From the human T2T-CHM13v2.0 reference genome, Homo sapiens, in assembly GCF_009914755.1 (NCBI RefSeq), contig NC_060940.1: 64,000 bases of DNA; one strand, 5' to 3'. The notes beneath the pieces were generated by a model, which was given only the letters and a program-made list of their open reading frames with translations, was not told the DNA's origin and did no database searches. Below, one piece after another: positions 52,360-64,000 of this stretch (its first letter is position 1; each line of letters starts with the position of its first letter). The translations under genes were made by a program, and so were the position numbers.

Positions 52360-55300
52360 TCAACGATGATTTGATTCGTGTCCATTCGATGATTCCATTT
52401 GATTCCACTTGATGATGATTCCATTCGAGTCCATTTGATGATTCCATTCAATTCCATACTCCGATGATTTCTTTTGAGCCCACTCAATGCTTCCACTCGA
52501 TTCCATATGATGATGACTCCATTCGATGAAATTCGATGATGATTCCATTCGCTTGCTTTTGATGATGATTCCACTTGAGTCCGTTAGAAGATTCTATTCA
52601 ATTACATTCCATGATGATTCCGTTCGAGTCCATTTGATGATTCCATTAGACTCCATTCGACGATGATTCCATTCGATGTTATTCGATGATTCCATTCGAT
52701 CTCATTCGATGATGATTCCATTCAACTCCATTCGATGTTTCCATTCGAGTTCATTCTATTATTCCATTAGATTCCATTCGATGATGATTCCATTCGATTC
52801 CATTTGATGATTGCATTCTATTTCATTTGATGATGATTCCATTCGAGTCCACTCGATGATTCCATTCGAGTCCATTTAATGAATCCATTGGTTTCAATTC
52901 TATGATGATTACATTGGATTCCATTCGTTGATGATTTCATTCGGTTCCATTCAATGATGATTCCATTCAATTCCTTTCAATGTTTCCATTCAATTCCATA
53001 CGATGATGATTCCATTTGATTTGATTCGACAGTGAGCCATTCGATTCAATTCCATGATGATTCTATTTGATTCAATTGGTTGACATTTCCATTCGATTCC
53101 ATTCGATGATGATTCCCTTTGATTCCGTTCAAAGATGATTCCATTCTAGCCCATTCAATCATTCCATTCGATTCTATTCAATGATGATTCCATTCATGTC
53201 GATTTGGTGATTCCATTTGACTTCATTTGATGATGATTCCTTTCAAGTTCATTAGATGATTCCATTCGATTCCATTTGATGATGATCCCATTCGAGTCCA
53301 TTCAGTGATTCCATTCGTTTCTATTCCATGATGATTCCATTCCTTTCCATTCAATGATTCCATTCGATTCCGTTTGATGATGATTTCATTCGAGTCCATT
53401 TGATGATTCCATTTGATTCCATTCGATGATGATTCCATTCGAGTCCATTCGATGATTCTATTCGAATCCATTTGATGATTTCTTTTGATTATACTTGGTG
53501 ATGATTCCATTGGAGTCCATTCAATGATTCCATTCTATTCCAATCGATGATGATTCCATTAGAGTCCATTTAATGATTCCATTTGATTCCAGTCTCTGAT
53601 GATTACATTCGAGTCCATACGATGATTCCACTCAATTCCATATGATGATGATTCCATTTGATTCCATTCGGTGATTCCATTCTATTCTATTCAATGGTGA
53701 TTCCATTCGAGTACATTAGATGATTCCATTCGATTCCATTCAATGATGATTCTATTTGTGTCCCTTAGATGATTCCACATGATTCCATTAGATGATGATA
53801 CTATTTGAGCCCATCCAATGATTCCCTTCGATTCCATTCGATGAGGATTCCATTCGATTCAATTCATTGGTGATTCTATTCAATTCAATTCTTTGATTCC
53901 ATTCCATTCCATTCGACAATGATTCCATTCGATTTCTTTCGATGATTCCACTCGATTCCACTTGACATTGATTCCATTCGATTCCATTCAATGATTCCAT
54001 TTGATTCCAGTGGATGATGATTGCCATCGATTCCATTCGATCACTCCATTCTATTCCATTTGATGATGATTACATTCGATTCCATTTGATGATTCCATCT
54101 GATTCTATTCGAGGATTCCATTTGATTCCATTCGATGATGATTCCATTCGAGTCCATTCGATGATTTCATTTGAGTACATCCAATGATTCCATTCGAGTC
54201 CATTAGATGATTCCATTTGATTCCATTTGAAAATGATTCTACTAGAGTCCATTCAATGACTCCATTCGAGTCCATTCAACAATTCCATTCGACTCCATTC
54301 GATGATTCCATTCGATTCCATTTGATGGTTCCATTCGAGTCCATTTAATCATTACAGTCGAGTCCATTTGGTGATTCCACTGGATTTCTTTTGATAATGA
54401 TACCATTCAATTACATTTGATGATGATCCCATTCAATTTCATTTGATGATGATTCCATTAGAGTCCATTCGATGATTTCATTCGAGTCCCTTCATTGATT
54501 CCATCCGATTTCATTGGATGATGACTCCATTCGAGTCCATTCGATGATTCCACTCGATTCCATTAGATGACTCCATTGGAGTCCATTTGATTGTTCCATT
54601 CGATTCCATTCGATTCCTTTCGAAGATTATTCCATTTGAGTCCATTCGATGATGATTCCATTCCATTCCATTCGATGATTCCGTTTGATTCCATTCGATG
54701 ATTCCCTTCGATTCCTTTCTTTGATGATTCCATTCCATTCCATTCAATGATTCCATTCGAATCTATTCCATGATGATTCCTTTCGATTCCATTCGCTGAT
54801 GTTTCCGTTCAATTCCATTCGATGATGATTCCATTCGATTCCATTCATTGAGGATTCCATTTGATTCCATTCAATGATGATTCCATTCTATTCCATTCAA
54901 TGATTGCATTCAATTCCATTCAATGATTATCCCATTAGAGTAAACTCAACGATTCCATTCAATACCATTCGATGATGATTCCTTTTGAGTCCATTCAATG
55001 ATTTCATTCAAGTCCATTTGATGATTCCTTTCAATTCCATTCTATGATGATTCCATTCGAGTCCATTCGATGATTCCATTCGATTGCATTCGATGATTCC
55101 ATTATATTCCATTCAACGGTGATTCCATTCGAGTCCATTCCATGATTCCATTAGAGTACATTTAATGATTGCTTTGTTTTCAATTCGAAGATGATTACAT
55201 TGGATTCCATTCTATGATACCATTCGATTCCATTCAATGATGATTCCACTCAAATCCATTGGATGATTCCATTCGTGTCCATTCGGTGATTTCATTAGAT

Positions 55301-58300
55301 TCCATTCGAGGATGATTCCATTCGATTCCATTCGATGATTCCATTCAATTCCATTCGATGATGATTCCATTCCAGTCCATATGATCATTCCATTTGATTT
55401 CATTCGATGATGATTCCATTCGATTCCATTCGACGATTCCATTCTATTCCATTCGATGATGATTCCATTCGAGTCCATTCGATGATTCCATTCGAGTCCA
55501 TTTAATGATTCCATTGGGTTCAATTCAATGATGATTACATTGGATTCCGTTCTATGATTCCATTCAATTCCGTTCATTGACAATTTGATTCCATTCGATG
55601 ATGATTCCATTTGAGTTCATTCGATGATTCTATTCGATTCTCTTCGATGGTGATTCAATTCTATTATATTGGATGATTCCATTCGATTCCATTTGATGTT
55701 GATTCAATTCGATTCTATTCGATGATGATTCCATTGGATTTCACTTGATGATTCTATTCGATTCCATTCAATGATGATTCACTTCTCGTCCATTGGATGA
55801 TTCCATTTCATTCCATTCGATGATGATTCCATTCGATTCCATTCGATGATTCCATTTGATTCCATGCGACGGTGAGCAATTCGATTCAATTCCATGATGA
55901 TTCTATTTGATTCAATTAGATGATGTTTCCATTCGAATCCATTCCATGATTATTCCATTGGAATCCATTCGGCGATGATTCCATATGAGTCAATTCAATG
56001 ATGATTCCATATGGGTCCGTTCGATGATAATTCCATTTGATTTCATTCGATGCTTCTATTCTATTCCAGTCGATGATGATTCCGTTGGAGTCCATACGAT
56101 GATTCCATTTGATTTCATTTCATGATGATTCCATTCGATGATGATTACATTGGATTCCATTCTATGATTCCATTCAATTCCATTCGTTGATGATTCGATT
56201 CCATTCAATGATGATTCCATTTGAGTTCATTCGATGATTCTATTCGATTCCGTTCGATGGTTATTCAATTCTATTATATTGGATGATTCCACTCGATTCC
56301 ATTTGATGATTATTCCATTGGAGTCCACTTAGTGAATCCTTTAGATTCTACTCGACGATGATTCCATTCGAGTCCATTCGATGATACCATTCAATTCCAT
56401 TCGTTGATGCTTCCATTCAAGTGCATTCGATGATATCATTCGATTCCATTTGATGATAATTCCATTTGATTCCATGCGATGATTCTATTCGATTCCATTC
56501 AATGATAATTCCATTCAATTCAGTGATTCCTCTGGACTCCATTTGATGATGATTCCATTCAATGATTCCATTCGATTCTATTCGAAAATGATTCCATTTG
56601 AATCCATTTGATGATGATTCCATTAGATTCTATTTGATGATTCCATTCGATTCCATTCGACGATGATTCCATTCGATTCCGTTTGATGATTCCATTCTAT
56701 TCTATTCGATGATGATTCCATTCGATTCCATTCGATGATGATTGGATTCGATTCCATTTGATGATTTCATTTGATTCCATTCGTTAATGATTTCGATCAA
56801 TTCCATTCGATGATTCCATTCGATTCCATTTGATAATGATTACATCCGAGTCCATTCGATGATTCCCTTTGAGCCTGTTCGATAATTCCATTTGAGTCCA
56901 ACCAATGATTCCATTCATTTCCATTCAATGATTCCATTCGAGTCCATTTGATCATTCCGGTAGGGTCCATTCGATGTTGATTCCATTGGAGTGCATTCGA
57001 TGATTCCATTCGAGTCCATTTTAGGATTTGATTCGAGTCCTTTTGATGATTCCATTCGATTCCACTCGATGATGATTTCATTCGAGTCCATTCGACACTT
57101 CCAATCGATTCCATTTGATGATTCCATTCGAGTCCAATTGATGATTCCATACAATTCCATTCGATGATGATTCCGTACGATTCCATTCTGTGACGATTCC
57201 ATGTGATTGCATTCAATGATGATTCCTTTCGATTGCATTCGATTATGATTCATTTCGTGTTCATTCTATGGTTCCACAGGTTTCCATTCGTGTCCATTCC
57301 ATTATTCCATTCTATTCCATTTCATGATGATTCCATTCGATTCCATTCATTGGTGATTCCACTCAATTCCATTCAATGATTCCATTCCATTTCTTTCCAC
57401 AATGATTCCATTAGTTTCTAATCGATGATCCACTTGATTCCATTTGACGACGATTCCATTCTTGTCCATTCGATGATTCCATTTGATTCCATATGATGAT
57501 GATTCCATTCGATTCCATACCATGATGATTCCATTCGAGTCCATTCAATGGTGATTCCATTCAATTCCATTCGATGATTCCTTTTGATTCCATTCGATGA
57601 TGATGGCATTCGATTCCTTTCAATCATTCCCTTTGATTCCATTCAAAGGTGATTTCATTCAAGTCCATTCGATAATTGCATTCGATTCCATTCTATGATG
57701 ATTCCATTCGAGTCCATTTGATGATTCCATTCAATTCAAGTCAATGATGATTCCATTCGATTCCATTCGATGATTCCATTGGATTCCATTCGATGATGAT
57801 TCCATTCAAATCCATTCGATAATTCAATTCAAGTCCATTCGATGATGATTCCAATCGAATCCATTCAAAGATTCCATTCAGTTCCATTCGATGATTCCCT
57901 TAGATTCCATTCGATGATTCCACTTGATTCCATTTACGATGATTCCATTCGATTCCATGTGATGATTCCATTCAATTCTATTCAATGATGTCTCCATTTG
58001 ATTCCATTCGACCATGATTGCCTTTGATTCCATTCAATGATTCCATTCGGTTCCGTTTGATGATGATTCCGTTCGATTCCATTTGATGATTCCATTTGAT
58101 TCCATTGGATGAGTCCATTCGATTACATTCGATGATTATTCCATTCGAGTGCATTAGATGATTCCATTCGAGTCCATTCGATGATTCCATTCGATTCCAT
58201 TCGATGTTGATTCTGTTCAAATCCATTCGATGATTCCACTCGATTCCATTCGTTGACTCCATTTGATCCCATTCGATGATTTCCTTTGATTCCCTTTGAT

Positions 58301-58471
58301 GATCATTCCATTTGATTCAATTCGGTGATTTCATTTGATTCCATTCAGTGATGTTTCCATTCGACTCCATTCGATGATGATTCCATTCGACTCCATTCGA
58401 TTATGATTTCATTCAATTCCATTCGATAATGATTCCCTTCGAGTCCATTCGATGATTCCATTCGATTCCAT
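52360..58471 (+). repeat. Canonical 6,112-bp unit
   Basis: Anchor spacing is 6112 and all markers are present. Confidence 0.93.
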
Positions 58472-61400
58472 TCAACGATGATTTGATTCGTGTCCATTCG
58501 ATGATTCCATTTGATTCCACTTGATGATGATTCCATTCGAGTCCATTTGATGATTCCATTCAATTCCATACTCCGATGATTTCTTTTGAGCCCACTCAAT
58601 GCTTCCACTCGATTCCATATGATGATGACTCCATTCGATGAAATTCGATGATGATTCCATTCGCTTGCTTTCGATGATGATTCCACTTGAGTCCGTTAGA
58701 AGATTCTATTCAATTACATTCCATGACGATTCCGTTCGAGTCCATTTGATGATTCCATTAGACTCCATTCGACGATGATTCCATTCGATGTTATTCCATG
58801 ATTCCATTCGATCTCATTCGATGATGATTCCATTCAACTCCATTCGATGTTTCCATTCGAGTTCATTCTATTATTGCATTAGATTCCATTCGATGATGAT
58901 TCCATTCGATTCCATTTGATGATTGCATTCTGTTTCATTTGATGATGATTCCATTCGAGTCCACTCGATGATTCCATTCGAGTCCATTTAATGAATCCAT
59001 TGGTTTCAATTCTATGATGATTACATTGGATTCCATTCGTTGATGATTTCATTCGGTTCCATTCAATGATGATTCCATTCAATTCCTTTCAATGTTTCCA
59101 TTCAATTCCATACGATGATGATTCCATTTGATTTGATTCGACAGTGAGCCATTCGATTCAATTCCATGACGATTCTATTTGATTCAATTGGTTGACATTT
59201 CCATTCGATTCCATTCGATGATGATTCCCTTTGATTCCGTTCAAAGATGATTCCATTCTAGCCCATTCAATCATTCCATTCGATTCTATTCAATGATGAT
59301 TCCATTCATGTCGATTTGGTGATTCCATTTGACTTCATTTGATGATGATTCCTTTCAAGTTCATTAGATGATTCCATTCGATTCCATTTGATGATGATCC
59401 CATTCGAGTCCATTCAGTGATTCCATTCGTTTCCATTCCATGATGATTCCATTCCTTTCCATTCAATGATTCCATTCGATTCCGTTTGATGATGATTTCA
59501 TTCGAGTCCATTTGATGATTCCATTTGATTCCATTCGATGATGATTCCATTCGAGTCTATTCGATGATTCTATTCGAATCCATTTGATGATTTCTTTTGA
59601 TTATATTTGGTGATGATTCCATTGGAGTCCATTCAATGATTCCATTCTATTCCAATCGATGATGATTCCATTAGAGTCCATTTAATGATTCCATTTGATT
59701 CCAGTCTCTGATGATTACATTCGAGTCCATACGATGATTCCACTCAATTCCATATGATGATGATTCCATTTGATTCCATTCGGTGATTCCGTTCTATTCT
59801 ATTCAATGGTGATTCCATTCGAGTACATTAGATGATTCCATTCGATTCCATTCAATGATGATTCTATTTGTGTCCCTTAGATGATTCCACATGATTCCAT
59901 TAGATGATGATACTATTTGAGCCCATCCAATGATTCCCTTCGATTCCATTCGATGAGGATTCCATTCGATTCAATTCATTGGTGATTCTATTCAATTCAA
60001 TTCTTTGATTCCATTCCATTCCATTCGACAATGATTCCATTCGATTTCTTTCGATGATTCCACTCGATTCCACTTGACATTGATTCCATTCGATTCCATT
60101 CAATGATTCCATTTGATTCCAGTGGATGATGATTGCCATCGATTCCATTCGATCACTCCATTCTATTCCATTTGATGATGATTACATTCGATTCCATTTG
60201 ATGATTCCATCTGATTCTATTCGAGGATTCCATTTGATTCCATTCGATGATGATTCCATTCGAGTCCATTCGATGATTTCATTCGAGTACATCCAATGAT
60301 TCCATTCGAGTCCATTAGATGATTCCATTTGATTCCATTTGAAAATGATTCTACTAGAGTCCATTCAATGACTCCATTCGAGTCCATTCAACAATTCCAT
60401 TCGACTCCATTCGATGATTCCATTCGATTCCATTTGATGGTTCCATTTGAGTCCATTTAATCATTACAGTCGAGTCCATTTGGTGATTCCACTGGATTTC
60501 TTTTGATAATGATACCATTCAATTACATTTGATGATGATCCCATTCCATTTCATTTGATGATGATTCCATTAGAGTCCATTCGATGATTTCATTCGAGTC
60601 CTTTCATTGATTCCATCCGATTTCATTGGATGATGACTCCATTCGAGTCCATTCGATGATTCCACTTGATTCCATTAGATGACTCCATTGGAGTCCATTT
60701 GATTGTTCCATTCGATTCCATTCGATTCCTTTCGAAGATTATTCCATTTGAGTCCATTCGATGATGATTCCATTCCATTCCATTCGATGATTCCGTTTGA
60801 TTCCATTCGATGATTCCCTTCGATTCCTTTCTTTGATGATTCCATTCCATTCCATTCAATGATTCCATTCGAATCTATTCCATGATGATTCCTTTCGATT
60901 CCATTCGCTGATGTTTCCGTTCAATTCCATTCGATGATGATTCCATTCGATTCCATTCATTGAGGATTCCATTTGATTCCATTCAATGATGATTCCATTC
61001 TATTCCATTCAATGATTGCATTCAATTCCATTCAATGATTATCCCATTAGAGTAAACTCAACGATTCCATTCAATACCATTCGATGATGATTCCTTTTGA
61101 GTCCATTCAATGATTTCATTCAAGTCCATTTGATGATTCCTTTCAATTCCATTCTATGATGATTCCATTCGAGTCCATTCGATGATTCCATTCGATTGCA
61201 TTCGATGATACCATTATATTCCATTCAACGGTGATTCCATTCGAGTCCATTCCATGATTCCATTAGAGTACATTTAATGATTGCTTTGTTTTCAATTCGA
61301 AGATGATTACATTGGATTCCATTCTATGATACCATTCAATTCCATTCAATGATGATTCCACTCAAATCCATTGGATGATTCCATTCGTGTCCATTCGGTG

Positions 61401-64000
61401 ATTTCATTAGATTCCATTCGAGGATGATTCCATTCGATTCCATTCGATGATTCCATTCAATTCCATTCGATGATGATTCCATTCCAGTCCATATGATCAT
61501 TCCATTTGATTTCATTCGATGATGATTCCATTCGATTCGATTCGACGATTCCATTCTATTCCATTCGATGATGATTCCATTCGAGTCCATTCGATGATTC
61601 CATTCGAGTCCATTTAATGATTCCATTGGGTTCAATTCAATGATGATTACATTGGATTCCGTTCTATGATTCCATTCAATTTCGTTCATTGACAATTTGA
61701 TTCCATTCGATGATGATTCCATTTGAGTTCATTCGATGATTCTATTCGATTCTCTTCGATGGTGATTCAATTCCATTATATTGGATGATTCCATTCGATT
61801 CCATTTGATGTTGATTCAATTCGATTCTATTCGATGATGATTCCATTGGATTTCACTTGATGATTCTATTCGATTCCATTCAATGATGATTCACTTCTCG
61901 TCCATTGGATGATTCCATTTCATTCCATTCGATGATGATTCCATTCGATTCCATTCGATGATTCCATTTGATTCCATGCGACGGTGAGCAATTCGATTCA
62001 ATTCCATGATGATTCTATTTGATTCAATTAGATGATGTTTCCATTCGAATCCATTCCATGATTATTCCATTGGAATCCATTCGGCGATGATTCCATATGA
62101 GTCAATTCAATGATGATTCCATATGGGTCCGTTCGATGATAATTCCATTTGATTTCATTCGATGCTTCTATTCTATTCCAGTCGATGATGATTCCGTTGG
62201 AGTCCATACGATGATTCCATTTGATTTCATTTGATGATGATTCCATTCGATGATGATTACATTGGATTCCATTCTATGATTCCATTCAATTCCATTCGTT
62301 GATGATTCGATTCCATTCAATGATGATTCCATTTGAGTTCATTCGATGATTCTATTCGATTCCGTTCGATGGTGATTCAATTCTATTATATTGGATGATT
62401 CCACTCGATTCCATTTGATGATTATTCCATTGGAGTCCACTTAGTGAATCCTTTAGATTCTACTCGACGATGATTCCATTCGAGTCCATTCGATGATACC
62501 ATTCAATTCCATTCGTTGATGCTTCCATTCAAGTGCATTCGATGATATCATTCGATTCCATTTGATGATAATTCCATTTGATTCCATGCGATGATTCTAT
62601 TCGATTCCATTCAATGATAATTCCATTCAATTCAGTGATTCCTCTGGACTCCATTTGATGATGATTCCATTCAATGATTCCATTCGATTCTATTCGAAAA
62701 TGATTCCATTTGAATCCATTTGATGATGATTCCATTAGATTCCATTTGATGATTCCATTCGATTCCATTCGACGATGATTCCATTCGATTCCGTTTGATG
62801 ATTCCATTCTATTCTATTCGATGATGATTCCATTCGATCCCATTCGATGATGATTGGATTCGATTCCATTTGATGATTTCATTTGATTCCATTCGTTAAT
62901 GATTTCGATCAATTCCATTCGATGATTCCATTCGATTCCATTCGATAATGATTACATCCGAGTCCATTCGATGATTCCCTTTGAGCCTGTTCGATAATTC
63001 CATTTGAGTCCAACCAATGATTCCATTCATTTCCATTCAATGATTCCATTCGAGTCCATTTGATCATTCCGGTAGGGTCCATTCGATGTTGATTCCATTG
63101 GAGTGCATTCGATGATTCCATTCGAGTCCATTTTAGGATTTGATTCGAGTCCTTTCGATGATTCCATTCGATTCCACTCGATGATGATTTCATTCGGGTC
63201 CATTCGACACTTCCAATCGATTCCATTTGATGATTCCATTCGAGTCCAATTGATGATTCCATACAATTCCATTCGATGATGATTCCGTACGATTCCATTC
63301 TGTGATGATTCCATGTGATTGCATTCAATGATGATTCCTTTCGATTGCATTCGATTATGATTCATTTCGTGTTCATTCTATGGTTCCACAGGTTTCCATT
63401 CGTGTCCATTCCATTATTCCATTCTATTCCATTTGATGATGATTCCATTCGATTCCATTCATTGGTGATTCCACTCAATTCCATTCAATGATTCCATTCC
63501 ATTTCTTTCAACAATGATTCCATTAGTTTCTAATCGATGATCCACTTGATTCCATTTGACGACGATTCCATTCTTGTCCATTCGATGATTCCATTTGATT
63601 CCATATGATGATGATTCCATTCGATTCCATACCATGATGATTCCATTCGAGTCCATTCAATGGTGATTCCATTCAATTCCATTCGATGATTCCTTTTGAT
63701 TCCATTCGATGATGATGGCATTCGATTCCTTTCAATCATTCCCTTTGATTCCATTCAAAGGTGATTTCATTCAAGTCCATTCGATAATTGCATTCGATTC
63801 CATTCTATGATGATTCCATTCGAGTCCATTTGATGATTCCATTCAATTCAAGTCAATGATGATTCCATTCGATTCCATTCGATGATTCCATTGGATTCCA
63901 TTCGATGATGATTCCATTCAAATCCATTCGATAATTCAATTCAAGTCCATTCGATGATGATTCCAATCGAATCCATTCAAAGATTCCATTCAGTTCCATT
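58472..64000 (+). repeat. Canonical unit, cut off by the window end
   Basis: Offsets of 6112 are maintained (56915/63027, 57418/63530). Confidence 0.92.

Larger units (their letters stand above)
1..64000 (+). repeat. Human satellite II (HSat2/HSATII)-type pericentromeric tandem array, CATTC strand on +
   Basis: Continuous degenerate ATTCCATTCG-ATTCCATTCG-ATG(ATG) 23/26-bp subunits with CATTCGAGTC variants across the entire window. No unique sequence and no strand switch seen. CATTCGATTC dominates over CATTCCATTC, which favours HSat2 over HSat3. Species and family assignment rest on established consensus knowledge. Confidence 0.96.
24820..64000 (+). repeat. Homogeneous 6,112-bp higher-order repeat array (about 6.5 copies), consistent with the chr16 HSat2B-like ~6.1-kb unit
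   Basis: Anchor TCAACGATGATTTGATTCG recurs at 28627, 34739, 40851, 46962, 52360 and 58472 (spacings 6112, 6112, 6111, 5398, 6112). ORF-track entries recur with the same offsets, e.g. 27070/33182/39294/45406 and 57347/63459. The chromosome assignment is from recollection only. Confidence 0.93.

Noticed and set aside
78-63754. Well over a hundred short minus-strand ORFs (MESSNGIEWNH-type peptides, 60-165 aa)
   Set aside because: These are translations of (GAATG/GAATC)n, which supplies ATG constantly and few stops. They overlap in several frames, recur with the DNA period, and gain or lose stops freely between copies. No domain or gene context supports them.
1-64000. CRISPR-like array of short repeats
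   Set aside because: There are no unique spacers, the subunits are contiguous and degenerate, there are no cas genes, and the sequence matches a eukaryotic satellite.
1-64000. HSat3, alpha satellite or telomeric repeat assignment
   Set aside because: Pure (CATTC)n runs are short and rare (e.g. ~24810, ~30170, ~30925), and no 171-bp monomer, CENP-B box or TTAGGG tract was seen. The CATTCGATTC plus GATGAT grammar fits HSat2.
1-64000. Embedded transposon (Alu/L1), inversion or foreign insert
   Set aside because: No poly(A) tail, target-site duplication, GC-rich segment or GAATG-strand block was seen on reading. Modules X and Z are themselves HSat2-like. A very short insert could have been missed by eye.

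Overview
The whole 64-kb window is one uninterrupted, single-orientation array of CATTC-derived classical satellite, with CATTC on + and GAATG on -. It is built from 23/26-bp subunits of the form (ATTCCATTCG)2+(ATG)1-2 with frequent GAGTC variants, which is the signature of human satellite II (HSat2). I found no genes, RNA genes, transposon insertions or CRISPR arrays. All listed ORFs are translations of the repeat. The informative structure is higher-order. From about 24.8 kb to the end there is a highly homogeneous 6,112-bp macro-repeat, including one 6,111-bp copy and one 5,398-bp copy carrying a 714-bp deletion. From memory, a period near 6.1 kb matches the chr16q11.2 HSat2B array, but I could not verify that here. 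The first ~24.8 kb is a more diverged, rearranged zone. It contains a 6,131-bp variant of the unit, a 9,983-bp period (4,055 + 5,928), a ~12.2-kb-offset duplicate, non-canonical modules and deletions in register with the 23/26-bp subunits. I see no new gene system. The points of interest concern satellite evolution at the edge of a homogenised array. All distances were measured by eye from anchor motifs and ORF-track offsets, not from an alignment.
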